This document shows positions 1 through 13,279 of a stretch of 64,000 nucleotides of DNA, piece after piece. This DNA is from Microbotryum violaceum (Eukaryota): NCBI GenBank assembly GCA_001244265.2, contig CDLV01000020.1, positions 124,001 through 188,000 on the forward strand. Direction: 5' to 3'. Made by a program: the position numbers and the translations under genes. Each line of letters begins with the position of its first letter. Position 1 is the first letter of the stretch. The notes below the pieces were generated by a model. That model was given only the letters and a program-made list of their open reading frames with translations. It was not told where the DNA came from and did no database searches.

Positions 1-29
1 CTGATTCGTAATCACACGTTCTCTCACAG

Positions 30-1401
30 CAACCACTTCACAACAACAATGCAGCGGCCGCGGCGGCATTGGCAGCAACAAACCCATCACCGAGGACAAT
101 TCCCTCGGGTCGTCGTAGATCCTCGAACGTCGCGACCGCGCACGAGCTGGCCACCTCTTATGGCAGGAACGGACCCCTCGCTTCATCGCCTTTGCTCTCG
201 TCCTCGGCAGGGAAACAGAAGCGCCCTTCGACGTTCAAAGCCGCACGCAGGACCTCGACCTCGCAGTCGCTGAGACCTCAAGCAGCCGACCTCGGCGTCG
301 CTCGTTCGTTACCGACCCAACTCTCGGGGGCGCAGGCCAAGGGTGCGGGGAGTAAAGCACCGGCTATGTTGAGCAAGAGGGCTAGTCAATTCTCGGTCAG
401 CGTGTTCGACGAGGACGAGGACGACGGGGAGATCAAACCGGGGGCCAAGAGGGAGAAAGGGACCACCGTTTACCAGTGCGAGATCTGCTCCAGTCAGTTC
501 GGGGTGGGGTGTGGTCTGAGGCCTAGGGGTCCTGCTAGTTCACTAATTATAATGTTTTCAATTCTATGGCGTCAAGCAGAAATGTACAAGCATGCCGCCT
601 GCCTTCAGAAACACGTAAGCAGGAGCAGCTGTCCCGCGCTCGGGCCCGGTCATCCTCTGACAGCTGATCCCACCTCCTTTTCTTCTTCGATCGATGATGA
701 TCGCTTGAACAATAAATGTCACTTCTACAGAGGTGGGAACACACTGAACAATGGCAAGAGGCGTCCAAGCTGTTGCTGTCCAAACATCAGCAGGTGCAGC
801 TCTTCGAGGCCGCGGCCATTCTGCAGGTCGCTTCGGCCGGTGCCTCTTTACCTCAGGACAAGGCTTACTGGTGCGTGATCGATCTGTCGATACCTCAGAA
901 GTGCCTCAAAGCTGATGGCCCCGCGCTGTGCAATCTCACAGGCCTGCCGCGATGTCACCCCCCTCTGCCGGACTGCTCGGCTCGCAAGCTTTTTCGCTGC
1001 AATCCCCGCGCATGCTGCAGTCGCTATCACTTCACTCGGACGATACACCGTACGGTTCTTCCTCGCAACCGGTCGCGCCGTCTTTTTCCGTGGCATCCTC
1101 TTCGGACGTCGAAGACGACGACGAGGATGACGATCTCGATCTTGACGAAAAAGTCAAGCTCGATGAGGGTGATGACGAGGATGACGACGGGGACGATGTC
1201 AGTGACATTATGGATGAGGTCGATGGTGGGATGTTTGATTTGGATCTAGGCGGTGGGATGGATGGGATTGAAGCGGAAGCTAGTCCGGCACCTCTGGCAT
1301 TGAGGAAAGAGCGAGGTCCCATTTTGGAGGGTGAGGGCGAACTGAGCTCGACGAGGATAGGCGCGACGACGATGATGACCTTGTCTTCGGGAAGGTATTG
1401 A
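30..1401 (+). CDS. C2H2 zinc-finger protein, 5' end outside the window; at least 4 exons visible
   Basis: Acceptor CAG at 27-29. Removing introns at about 493-579, 615-730 and 871-941 gives YQCEICSKMYKHAACLQKHRWEHTEQWQEASKLLLSKHQQVQLFEAAAIL, a C-x2-C...H-x3-H finger followed by a conserved fungal helix. Acidic C-terminus; stop at 1399-1401. Confidence 0.8.
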
Positions 1402-2073
1402 TCACATAGATGGATGAAGGCGTGGTCAGTGAGGTGGAATCTTGGGAGCTTCGAATACAAGAGTCGGGGCTCTGGGTGGGAAAGATCGTGTCGGAAATGA
1501 AGGTAGGAGATGGTGTATTTCATATTGGAGTCGCATGTGTATGTCATCAAACCTCATCAATGAAATATCCTTACCATGTCAGCCTCTTTCATTGCTCGAA
1601 GCTAGTGTACAACATCGAGAATCGCTGGTCGAAATGCTGATTCGATTCGAGGCGCCGCGATCGTGTTTTCGGAAAGGGGGGCCGCCACCTATTCAAACCC
1701 TATACTGCTCCCCTTTCCCTCTCGCTCATCATCCAAACCCCGACTCGGGTGCATCGGAAAACCCACGGCATCGTGCAAGCCTCCCCCCCCCCCCTCTCAC
1801 TTGCCAACCCCGACCACCTGGGTATCACCAGAGGTCCTACACCAGTTTGGTGGATCAGCACACTTCAACTTGTCCACGTCGCACCGAGGCGGTTCAATCG
1901 GATTGGGGCCTGCCTGCGCGCGCACACACACGCGTCATCGACACCCGCAGCCGGGAGCAGCCGGGCGCCCCACTCCATTCCAGCCTCCTTGCTTGCTGTT
2001 CGATCGAGCGATCGACTCCTGACCGGGTACGGGCTCACGTACGAAACTGGACTGGGCACTTTGAGAGACCATC

Positions 2074-5000
2074 ATGTTGGAATCCGTCTTGGCGGGTGTG
2101 TTGAATAGGTTTTTGTCTGCCTATGTGAGTACGCTGCTTTGGTGAGGCCGATCAATGTCAGCGGGCGATCGTCATCGAGGGAGGGATTCGAGGTCCGGAG
2201 CCGGATCTGCAGCCGAGGTCAATTCAGCGACTCGTCCGCCAGTACCATAACTCACCACCCTCCCCACGTCTTTCCCCAAACCAGGTCGACAACTTGAACA
2301 CGGGCCAATTGAACGTCGGGATTTGGTCCGGGGACGTCAAGTTGCGCAACCTGCGCCTCAAGAAGGCAGCGCTCGACAAGTTCCGTCTCCCCGTCGACGT
2401 TGTCGAGGGGTATTTGGGTGACTTGACTTTGTCGATACCTTGGTAGGCTGCTCGTGATCTTGGTTTGAATTGGGTGGACGGACGCTGTGAGGTGGTTTCA
2501 TGCTGACCGTGTTCGATCCGATCCGGTCGCTTTCCAATAGGTCCAACTTATCAGGCAAGCCGGTCCGAGTCCTCGTCGAGAACGTCTACCTCCTCGCCGT
2601 CCCAACCGATTCAGCCAAAGCAACCCCAGAAGAAGATGCGGCCCGCGCCCAAGCAGCCAAGTTGGAAAAGTTGGAGAATGCCGAGTTGATGACGGCGCAG
2701 CCGACGACGGGGCTCAGCGCGGAGGAGGAGCAAAAGAACTCGTCCTTCACAACTAGTTTGGTCAACAAGATCGTCGACAATCTGCAGTTGGAGGTGAGTG
2801 TTCTACGTGCTCATCAGCTTAGCGGACTTCAGGCTCAAATTCAGGCTCAAATTCGTCGACACGTGTAGATCCGGAATATTCACATCCGTTACGAGGACAA
2901 GCTGTCCGTTCCCGGGCATCCGTTCTCGGTCGGCTTGACCTTGTCCCACTTTTCCGCCATCTCGACCGACGAACACTGGAACCCGGCTTTCATCACCAAC
3001 TCCAAAAACGGCGTACACAAGCTCGCCAAACTCGACTCACTCGCCGTGTATTTCGACACCGATTCCGAATCGCTCGCCGGGTACCCGATCAACGAGGCCA
3101 TCAAAAAGTTCACCGAGTTGATTGCAACCAAAGACAAGACGCCGCAGCATCAATTCATGCTCAAGCCTGTCTCGGGTCAAGGTCGCTTGATTATGAACCA
3201 CCACAAGGTCGATGCGCAAACACCCAAGACCGACGCCGAGCTCTTCTTCCAAGAATTGGGCTTCGTGCTCGATGCGGACCAGTACCGCGATGCGCTATCG
3301 ATGGTCGACTTGTTCCACTTCTACATTCGCCAACGCGAATATCGCGTCTTCCGACCACCCCAGAATGAGATCGACGAGAACACGAACCGAGCGCTGTGGA
3401 AGTTTGCGACGAAAGCGATCCTGACCGAGGTGCACGAGAAGAACCGGAAATGGTCATGGGCCTACTTTGCCGAACGCCGCGACGATCGCAAAGAATACGT
3501 CAATTTGTTCAAGGCCAAGAGTAGACATGACGCTTCGCCCGACGAGTTGGCGCGTTTGGTCGAGTTGGAGAACAAGTTGGATTATCGCGACATTCGGTTC
3601 TATCGCTCGATCGCGCGGTCCGATCTACGCAAAGAGAGGGCGACGTACGAGGCCGAGCATCCAAAACCGGCCAAGAAGCAGGCTGGGTGGATCTCGTGGG
3701 CTACGGGATGGGCTGCGAAGGCCGAAGATGACTCAGCCCAGGACGAGGGCGAGGGAGGCTTGAGCGAGGAGCAGAGGAAAGAACTGTACCGCGCTATCGA
3801 CTGGGACGAGAAGGAGGCCGTGTCGAGTAAACTCGACTTGCCCAAGGAAGCGATGATATTGCGCGTCAAGGCCAAGCTCGAGACGGGATCGTTTGCGCTG
3901 CGACGAGGGCAACAAGACCTTGTCGCGCTCAACTTTGACGATTTCGCATTGGACCTCGTACAGCGGCCAGAGAATTTTGATGCGACGCTTGCGCTCGGAG
4001 GTTTGCGTGTGTTTGACAACACTTGCGAAGGGAGCATGCATCGACAGATCGTTAGGGTCAAGGCGGACAAGGTCAAGGAGAGGAACAAGAAGTGGTCGGT
4101 CGATTCGGTGTCGCGCAAGTTGCCGCCGCCGGAGGAACGAGAGGCTGATGATGACGTTGGCCAATACGACGAAGAGATTGGATCAGCGGCCACGCTGAGT
4201 GGCGAAGACACGCACGGCGAGGATGACGAAGATGACGAAGACGACGCGGACAGGTCCAAGTTCCCCAAGGCGATCAAGGTCAAGGACCCGTTCTTCTGGC
4301 TCAAATTTGAGCACAAACCTCTAGACGAACGCGCGGACAACGCGCTCGCTGTACGATTGCGTCATATGGAGATCATCTACCACAAGGGATACGTCGAGAC
4401 CATCTTCAAGTTCTTCCAACCCCCCGAGTCGCAGCTCGAGTCGGTCGGGGCCTTGATCGATGTCGCGAGCGAGACGCTCGAAGGGATCCGCAAGGAGACA
4501 CGGGCGGGTCTTGAGTACGCGCTTGCGCAGCACAAAACCGTCGATCTACAGCTCGACCTGAATGCGCCCATCATCATCGTACCCGAGGATGTTACGCGCA
4601 AGGAATGCCAGCACATCGTCTTGGACGCGGGGCACATCGCCGTCGAAAGTGATCTGGCGGACCAAGCAGCGGTCGATCAGGTCAAGGCCAAGGAACGCCA
4701 AGAGTACCATGATGAGGACTATCAGCGCCTCGAGAGTCTGATGTACGACAAGTTCCACATCAAGCTCGAATCAGCGCAGTTGTTGATCGGGCCGAGTCTG
4801 AAAGTGTGTCTCGAAGCACTTGACGATGGTGGGGACGGGCAATCGCACAAGCATGGCGAGCTGCACATCCTCGAGCGCACGAGCTTGACCTTCCTCGCGC
4901 AGAACTGCATCCTCAACCAAGCGCCTAACCTGACGAGGTTCAAGATATCGGGATCCTTGCCCCAGTTGCAGGTCAATCTTTCGGATCGCAAGTACAAGAG

Positions 5001-8000
5001 CTTGATGCGCATGATCGACGTCGCCTTGCCCAAATTCGGAGATGACAAGAGTGCCTCGGAGAATGCGGCGACTCGGCCGCCTCCGATCGTCACTCGGCAT
5101 TCGTCGTTTGCCCGATCCCGACCCGTCGTCCACGAGGACGTGGAATACCACGTCGAGAAGGCCGAGTCAGAACCTGAGGAAGAAGAGGACGAGGACGACA
5201 CGGGAGAGAAGGAAGAGTTTTTTGACACCGAGGACAGCCCAACCGGGAAGCAAAACATAAACCAAAAAACGTTCGAGTTCACGTTCCAAGTCGACAAGGT
5301 CCAGGCTTCGATCTTCCGCTCCAACCCGGACCCGAAGAAACCTGATCGTCTACTCGCGAACGCGGTGTTGCAGGGCTTCCAGTTCGAGTTTGGTTTACGC
5401 CCCTTCGATATGAGCGTCGATATCCTGTTGCGCAGTCTTTACATTGAGGACAAGATGGTTGAAGCGGGGCACGAGTTCCGACATCTCGTCACGTCCGAGG
5501 AGCTGAGTGGTGCGCACGGGAAGGACCTGGTGCGCATCCAGTACCGGGGCGTGCAGAAGGTTTCGCCCGAGTTCATGACCGTGCACGAAGGGATAGACAA
5601 GGTGCGTGTAGTGGGCTTGAAACTGGCACGCGACTCACAGCTGACGACCCCTGAAATGTTTGCAGATGGTCGACGTAGAGATGTCAACGATCAACGTCGT
5701 TGTCACTCGGGGCAGTATTCTTACCCTGTTCGATTGGGTGATGACGACCTTCACCGATGGCGGAGCAGGTGGTGGGGGTGGGAGTACACTTGCTCCTGGC
5801 ACACCTGTGGGCGAAGAACCGCCCACGGTCGAGCAAGCCAACGACAAAATGCGCGTCAAGGTCAAGCTGACGTCCATCAACTTGATCCTGAACGAGGACG
5901 GCCTACGGATCGCCACCCTATCGCTATCAGCTGCGGACGTTTTAGTGTTCTTGCGCTCGCCGACAATGCGTGTCGCTGCCCGACTGGGCAACCTCGAATT
6001 AGTGGACGATTTTAGTGGCGACACACCCAGGCAGCTGCTGACGATTCAGGGAGATGAGCTGGCCGACTTCCAGTACGAGACGTACGACCCCACGGACAAG
6101 ACGACCTACCCTGGCCACGATACGCTCGTGTACCTCCGCAGCGGATCGCTCAAGTTCGTCTTCTCAGAAGAGCCCGTGCATCGAATCCTCGTCTTCATGT
6201 CCAAGTTCGGGCGCATGAAGGCCGCCTATGACGCCGCTGCGCAAGCTGCTGCTCAACGTGCGACCGAGGTCACAACTTGGATCCCCAAAATGCATTACGA
6301 CATCCTCATCCGCACGCCGATCGTTGTTTTCCCTCACGATAGTACGGCGGTGACCAAGCATGGGATCATTGCGCATTTGGGAGAGATCTCGCTCGCGAAC
6401 AAATTTGAGGTCTCGGACGAAGAGGTCGTTACCAAGATCGTGTTTGAATTGCGTCAGGTTCGCCTCAGTTCCACATTGAATTGCGAGGGCGAGCAGGATG
6501 GTCAGGACGTGCAGGTCCTTGATGATGTCACCATCCATGTCGATGTCACCATGACGCAAACTATAGATCCGAGCAAGGAGCTCACGAAACCGGGCACACT
6601 CGTCGATGCTCGCATGTCGGATGTTAAGATGCACTTGCCCGAGGCGCAGTATGCGGCCTTGATCGCGCTGATGCAAACAGTACCTCGTACGTTTGCTCTG
6701 GCAGATGATGAGGTTGAGGACGAGTCTACCGGCATCGCACCTCCGCGCCCCCTTACCCCTCCGCCCAAGGATCGCAAGCTCGACTCGGTGCCAGAAGACG
6801 GCGAAACCGTCGACCTGCTCCCAGAGCTCGCTTCCGTTGCCAGGCACGCCGATGGTACAACTGTGCCCCTCAAATCGAGTCTGGAGCTTGCGTTCGCTGT
6901 CAAGACGGTCTATCTCGAGTTGTTCACCATTGCAGCCAAGACGGTCGACACCCTCAAGGATGCCAGTCTGGCTCGCTTCTCGCTCAACGAGACGGGGGTC
7001 AAGTACAAGATGCTTTCGAACGGGTCGATGGAGGCCGAGGTCGTCGTGCGCTCGTTCACGCTTCACGACACTCGACCTGCCCAGTCGACCAAGTTCAGGG
7101 AAATCTTCCCTGCGACCAAGCACGATGGTCATCAGTTCATGATCAGCTACTCTCAGAGTGGTGGTGTTGACAAGAGCGCGTACGCGAACATCGCCATTGA
7201 TACGCCAAAGATGGTCTTCTCGCTCGATCCCCTCTTCGGCCTGCTCGACTATTTCACCAGCGCTTTCCCCAAATCGTCGAATGCTACGCCGTCGAAGGAT
7301 ATCGAAGATGACAGGGTTACCCTGAACGATGACACGTCGGCCGTGGGAGTCCAGCAGCCCCAGTCTGCTTCAACGTTTGCGTTCCGAGTCAATATCGTCT
7401 CGCCAACTATTCAGTTGCTCGCGCATCCCGATCAGAGCGATTCCGAAGCGGTCGTTCTGTCGATCGATCAGATCTTGATCTCGCAACAAGGGACGTTGGT
7501 GCTCAATGTGGCGCGTATCGGTATGTTCCTATGTCGGGTGAGTGCTGGGCTCTCATGCATGATCTCGTGCCCCTGATCACTGACTTGGTGTGCCTCAATC
7601 CTTCAGATGGACCGGCCTAAGGAGAAGATCCGCGTGGTCGACGATTTCGATGTAACCCTAATGATGGACAGTCGAGGCGACGCTGGACAGCAAGTCACGA
7701 ACATTGAAGTCGCTGTCCAGCCCCTCATCCTGCGAGTGTCGTATCGAGACATTATCCTCATCCAGTCCATCATCAGTCGAGCTAGTGAACTCTCGAATCG
7801 AGGAACACCACCTCTGCTGGAGGAAGAGCCCGCTCGACCCGACCTTGCCTCAGTGTCTGCTCGGCAGCGCTCTGGTACCGACCCGGCGCGTCAATCCATT
7901 GCAGGGACCAAGCGAAGGGCTTCGGGGCCGGCGTCGGCAATGGCGTCGACGAACGCACCTCTTCAAGCCCAAATCTTCATCACCAAGGAAACGCTCAAAG

Positions 8001-11000
8001 TCACGCTCGATGGCTTCCAGCTCGTGCTCATTGGTGATCTTCACGACTTGCCTGTCTTTGACATTAGAGCCGAGGAGTTCACGGCCGAGGTACGCAACTG
8101 GTCGTCGGATCTCGATGCGCAGGTCACGATCGAGCCTCGCGTGCAGTGCTTCAACTTGCGCGTGTCGACTTGGGAACCTCTGGTCGACCCGTGGAGGTTC
8201 TCGGTCAACGTCTCGAGGCCTGTTGCGACTGGCCTCCTATCAATCACTCTATCGTCGCAGGAGCGACTTGAACTCAACATCACGTCAACGTTCATCGAGC
8301 TCGGTCTGACGACGCAAGCCATTGTTGGCCGAGAAGGCGAGAAGCTTTTGACACGCGCTCGGGGATCTCAGGCGCCGTTCTTGATCAAAAATCGAACCGG
8401 TTACCCCCTGTCGCTATGGAGTGAGGGCAACAACGGAGGCGACGCCCACCGCCTCGCTGATGGGGACGATGCGCCTTGGCGCTTCAATGATTGGAGGGCT
8501 ATGCGGGAGCATCTGCACGTCGGAAGTCGCAACTCGTTGACGCTGCAGTTCGAAGGCACATCGTGGACGGCTTTGCAGAACGTCTCGGTCGATCGCGAGG
8601 GCGAGCACATCTACGTTCTCAAGCCCAAGCTCGACAAGGTCTCGCATCGCTTGTTGTGCGAGGTCAAACTCGTCGAGAACGTCAAAGTTGTCACCTTCCG
8701 TTCGACGTTCCTCGTGCAGAATCGATCGCTCGTCAATGCCGAAATGGTCATCGTCGACGAGTTCGGCAAGAAGGCATCGCAGATCTACAAGATCTTGCCC
8801 GGCGAAGACTGCCCCGTCCCTATTGTTGCTGCCTACACGAGTCGGATCCGCTTCCGACCTGATGCTGGCTTTGGCTACGCTTGGTCCGGCGAACCTCTGC
8901 ACTGGCAGGCACTGGTCAAGAACCCGACTCGAGCGATTGTGTGCAAGTCGGCCAAGGAGGCGGCATTCCGCTTCCAGGCTCATGCGATCCTCGACAAGTC
9001 GGACCCGCTCGTGCGCGTCTACCCTAAGCTTACACTGCGCTTGCGAGCGCCCGTCGAAGTACAGAATTTGCTTCCGCACGACATCCAATACCGAGTGTTT
9101 GACAAGAACATTGAGCACAATTGGACGTCGTACCTGCGCGAAGGTGGCATTTCTCCGATCCACATCGCCGAGCTGTCGCATCTGTTGCTGCTAAGCATTG
9201 ACGTCCAGGACACGGTCTTCAACCGTTCCGAGTTCGCCATTATCAACACCGACAACCCGGAGGACCTGCCGGTCGAACACGATCTCGTGCTCTCGGACAA
9301 GGAGAAGTTGAATCTCAACTTACGCATCCACTTCCAAAAGCATCTCGACTCGGGCGGCGCATTCCGCGTGCAGATTTACTCGCCTTACATCCTCATCAAC
9401 AAGTCGGGATGCGATTTCGCGCTCAAGACCAAAACGTTCATGTCCTCAGCCAAGACCGTGGCAGGGCAGAGTATCTTCTCTGGTGCGCTCGGGTGTGTAT
9501 TTTCTGGTAACTGCGGCACTTTTGCTAACTCATTTGTGGGCTGTTCCAAAGGTGGTCAAAAGCGAAACGGTGCAGAACCGTTCATGTTCTCCTTCCCGAC
9601 CGACGATCGACGCAACCGTGTCCTCTTGCGAATCAAAGACTCGAACTGGTCCGCGCCGCTCAGTTTCGAGACGATCGGCATGGAGACCGAAGTCGTGCTG
9701 CCTTCTGCTTCGGGCATCGAGGAGATCCACATTGGTCTCAAAGTCACCGAAGGCTTGGGCGATTACAAGTTGACCAAGGTGGTGACGCTCTACCCCCGTT
9801 TCATCGTCAAGAGTAGCCTGGACCATAACATCCGTGTTCGTGAGCTTGGTTCCATGAACGAGAAAGTGCTGGCACCCGGCGACCGGCACCCGCTGGGTTT
9901 CATGCGGGCTGGCAACAAGCCGCAGCTAGTCCTTTCTCAATCTGGCTCCCCAGCTGTGTGGTAAGTGGTTGCGGAGTCACCAACGGGGGGTCCCCTGCTC
10001 ATTTTCGTCCGTGAATATACGCTCGCAGGTCCGCGCCATTCATGATTTCCGATATTGGCCAGAATCACGTCAGAGTGCAACGCCAAGACGAGGAAGAATT
10101 GCTGGTTCGCGTCGATGCGATGCTCGAAGGCCCTTGCATCTTCATCAAGCTTGAGCCCGAGACGAAGGGCTGGCCGTTCCTATTCCGCAACGATAGTGAC
10201 TACCCGGTCACCCTCTGCCAAGCTGTGAGTGCTTCCGACTCGACATTGCTCTCATTCTTCCTGACTGAATCCCGATCTGACGCCCTCTCGCAGCTCCCGG
10301 AGGACGCCGCAGCAAAAAATCGACCGCGCCGCAAGAAATACAAGCTTTCCCCGAGAAGCAAGTTGCCCTACGCGTGGGACCTACCGGCCGAAACGCACAA
10401 ACAACTGCAGATCAGCGTCAACGGCACGAACCGTATCATCAACGTACTCGAGATTGGATCGCAACTGCCATTCAAATTCCCGTACGAGCAAAAGACGGGC
10501 GTGCTTTCGATCGACGTACGCGCCGAGGGCCAGACACAATCCGTCACCTTCTCCAACTACGACGAGGAGGACAGCGTGTTCAAACTGCAGCGGCGAGAGA
10601 CCTCGCTCTCTCGCGCCGAATCGACGACGAGCAGCAATCGTGAAACGACGTTTGAGGCCGTTGATGTCGACGTGGTCACGACCTTCTCTTTCGGTATCAG
10701 CTTCGAAGGTATCGGTATTTCTCTGGTCAACAAGAAGATGCAGGAGCTCGTCTACGCCTCATTCCGAGGCCTCACCTTCAAGTACTCGGACTCGACGACC
10801 AACGTCGCCTATGACTTGTCAATCAAGTGGATTCAGGTCGACAACCAGCTATTTGGTGGTCTGTACCCCATTCTGCTCTACCCGTCGGTCATCCCTAAGG
10901 ATGGCAAGGAGCTCGAAGTACATCCGAGTTTGCAGGCTTCCGTTATCATTCTCAAAGACGAGTCACACGGTGTGACGTACTTCAAGTACGCCTCAGTATT

Positions 11001-12795
11001 GCTACAGGAGATGACCGTCGAAGTCGACGAAGACTTTTTGTTCGCCTTACTCGACTTCGCCAAATTCTCCGGTGCGACAGGCCAGGACGAGATCCCTTCC
11101 AAATTGACCGAGGAGCCGGCAGATATTCCCGAGCCCAAGGGTTCGTCGGGAGGTGGCGACGTCTACTTTGAAGTGCTTCATCTCCAGCCGATCCAACTCG
11201 ATCTATCGTTCATGCGAACAGATCGAGTGAACGTCGACCAAAAGTGAGTAGCATCTGTTGAGACGGCCGCTCGTTGGTATGAAGCTCAATTGTCTTCTCT
11301 AACTCTACAGACTCAACACTCGCAACCCATTCTTCTTCTTCGTCAACGCATTGACTATGGCGCTCGGCAATGTCAACGATGCCCCCGTTCGACTGCACGC
11401 TCTGGTCATTGAGAATGTACGCCTGTCGCTGCCGGTTCTCCAGGAGCGCTTGACGCTCCACTACAGCAACGAGTTCTTCGGTCAACTGTATCGCGTACTT
11501 GGCAGCGCCGATTTCCTTGGGTGAGTAGCCTCTACTTTCGGCGCGGAGTTGAGTTTTCATTTTGGCTGATGCTGGTGTCTCGTTTTCACAGTAACCCCGT
11601 TGGCTTGTTCACGAACGTGTCGAGTGGTGTGGCAGACTTCTTCATCCAGCCCTACGATTCGGTCATGATGAACGGTAACCGTGATCTGGGCATTGGAATC
11701 GCTCGTGGTGCTGGATCGCTGGCCAAGAAGACGGTGTTCGGTGTCTCAGACAGTATGGCCAAGGTGACAGGTAGTATCGGCAAAGGATTGTCCGCCGCGA
11801 CGCTCGACAAGGAGTACCAGAACCAACGACGTATGCGCCAGTTCCGAAACAAACCAAAACATGCCTTATACGGTGTGACGGCTGGTGCGACATCGTTAAT
11901 TACCAGTGTGGCCAGTGGATTCGAGGGCTTGGCGACGAAACCGCTGGAGGGTGCAGAAGCCGAAGGTGCTGCTGGGTTCCTCAAGGGAGTCGGCAAGGGA
12001 TTTGTCGGGTGAGCCTAGAGCCAGTTCCTGACTGCATGCATAACCACGTCTGATTGTGATTAGCTTTGCCTGCTCCACAGTCTCGTCACCAAACCTGCCG
12101 TTGGGTTGTTCGATCTGGCGAACAACGTCACCGAGGGCATCCGAAACACGACGACAGTGTTTGATCAATCGAGCATCGATCGCGTGCGACTTCCTCGATT
12201 TACCGCCAGTGATGGTATCCTGAGGGTAAGCAGCGCTCATTTCCTTCGTCGGCGAGTCAGAGCTGACCAAATGTGACCTCGAATCTATAGCCTTACCAAG
12301 AACGAGAGGCACTTGGCCAGAGTTGGATCAAGAACGTCGAGACAGGCCGGTACTTCGACGAGACCTACGTCGCTCATCTGGACATTCCATCTTCGGACGA
12401 CACGTTGGCCGTCGTGGTGACGACGACGCGCATCCTATTGGTCAAGGTCGCCAAGTTGAAGGTCGGCTGGGATGTGCCGTTCTCGGACCTGGTCACCATT
12501 TCCCTCGAAGCAACAGGAATCAGCAAGTCTTTTCAGCTCATGTACCTCTTCCGGTTCTCCGATGCTCCGATCTGATCGTTCTCCTGCCTGTGTTCTGCAG
12601 CCCTCAAGCTCAGGGGCAACGTGCCTGGACCGTTCCTCCCCATCGCCGACCAGCCCGCCCGGCTATGGCTCTTCAGACATCTCGAACGAGTCGTCACGGC
12701 ACAGTAAGTCCACTACGGACGCTTCACCCATACTTCGAACGTTGACTCACCTTCCAACTTTATGATACAGCAATGCGCGTCGATTGGCGGAGTAG
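2074..12795 (+). CDS. VPS13: Vacuolar protein sorting-associated protein 13 (bridge-like lipid transfer protein), multi-exon
   Basis: The N-terminus MLESVLAGVLNRFLSAY|VDNLNTGQLNVGIWSGDVKLRNLRLKK is the chorein N-terminal signature. Long exons at 2869-5601, 5666-7537, 7607-9960 and 10029-11243. C-terminal motifs IQVDNQL, ADFLGNPVGLF, GVSDSMAKVTGSIGKGL and KPLEGAEAEGAAGFLKGVGKG; ends ...HNARRLAE*. Confidence 0.97.
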
Positions 12796-13279
12796 TGTGT
12801 CGATGAACAGTGATCTTATGCTTCTGTTTCCTGGACAGTTGGATATATTGTGGTGTGTGGCTGGGTTTAAGAGACATTCACTCCTCGGTGTAATTGAATT
12901 ATGTTCTCCGCATTCTACGAGAGAGAACAGCCCAGAATTCTCGCCTCTCGAGGTTCTCAAACCGAACACCGAGAGCGGTCCCGTGAGTGCAGAAAGAAGC
13001 CAGAACTGTAATGCAGAACGACGAGAGCTAGCTCACGTCCGCCTCACAGAGGGGGATAAAAGAAGTAAAGGAGTGACCGCGGAAAAAGAAGGAAACAAAG
13101 AGGTCGGAACAACGAAATAAAGCGGGGTGGTGCGACGAACGCGGGAAAATAAGAAAGCTAAAGTTAGCATGAGGGCGAACGGAAGTAGCCCACGTAAAGC
13201 GTCCAGGCGTAAGAAGCGTGAGAGATCGTGATCATCGTTTCTACTAGTGATAGTTCTTTGCACCGTGTCTTGAGCCAAA

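Noticed and set aside
6164-7132. Long antisense ORFs opposite real genes (for example 6164-7132, 23013-23969, 34086-35492)
   Set aside because: These are shadow ORFs expected opposite GC-rich, codon-biased exons of VPS13, PAT1 and BEM3, with no recognisable motifs.
13033-13278. Hydrophobic 81-aa ORF directly downstream of the GH18 stop
   Set aside because: It has a non-ATG start, and the hydrophobicity follows from the pyrimidine-rich 3' UTR composition.
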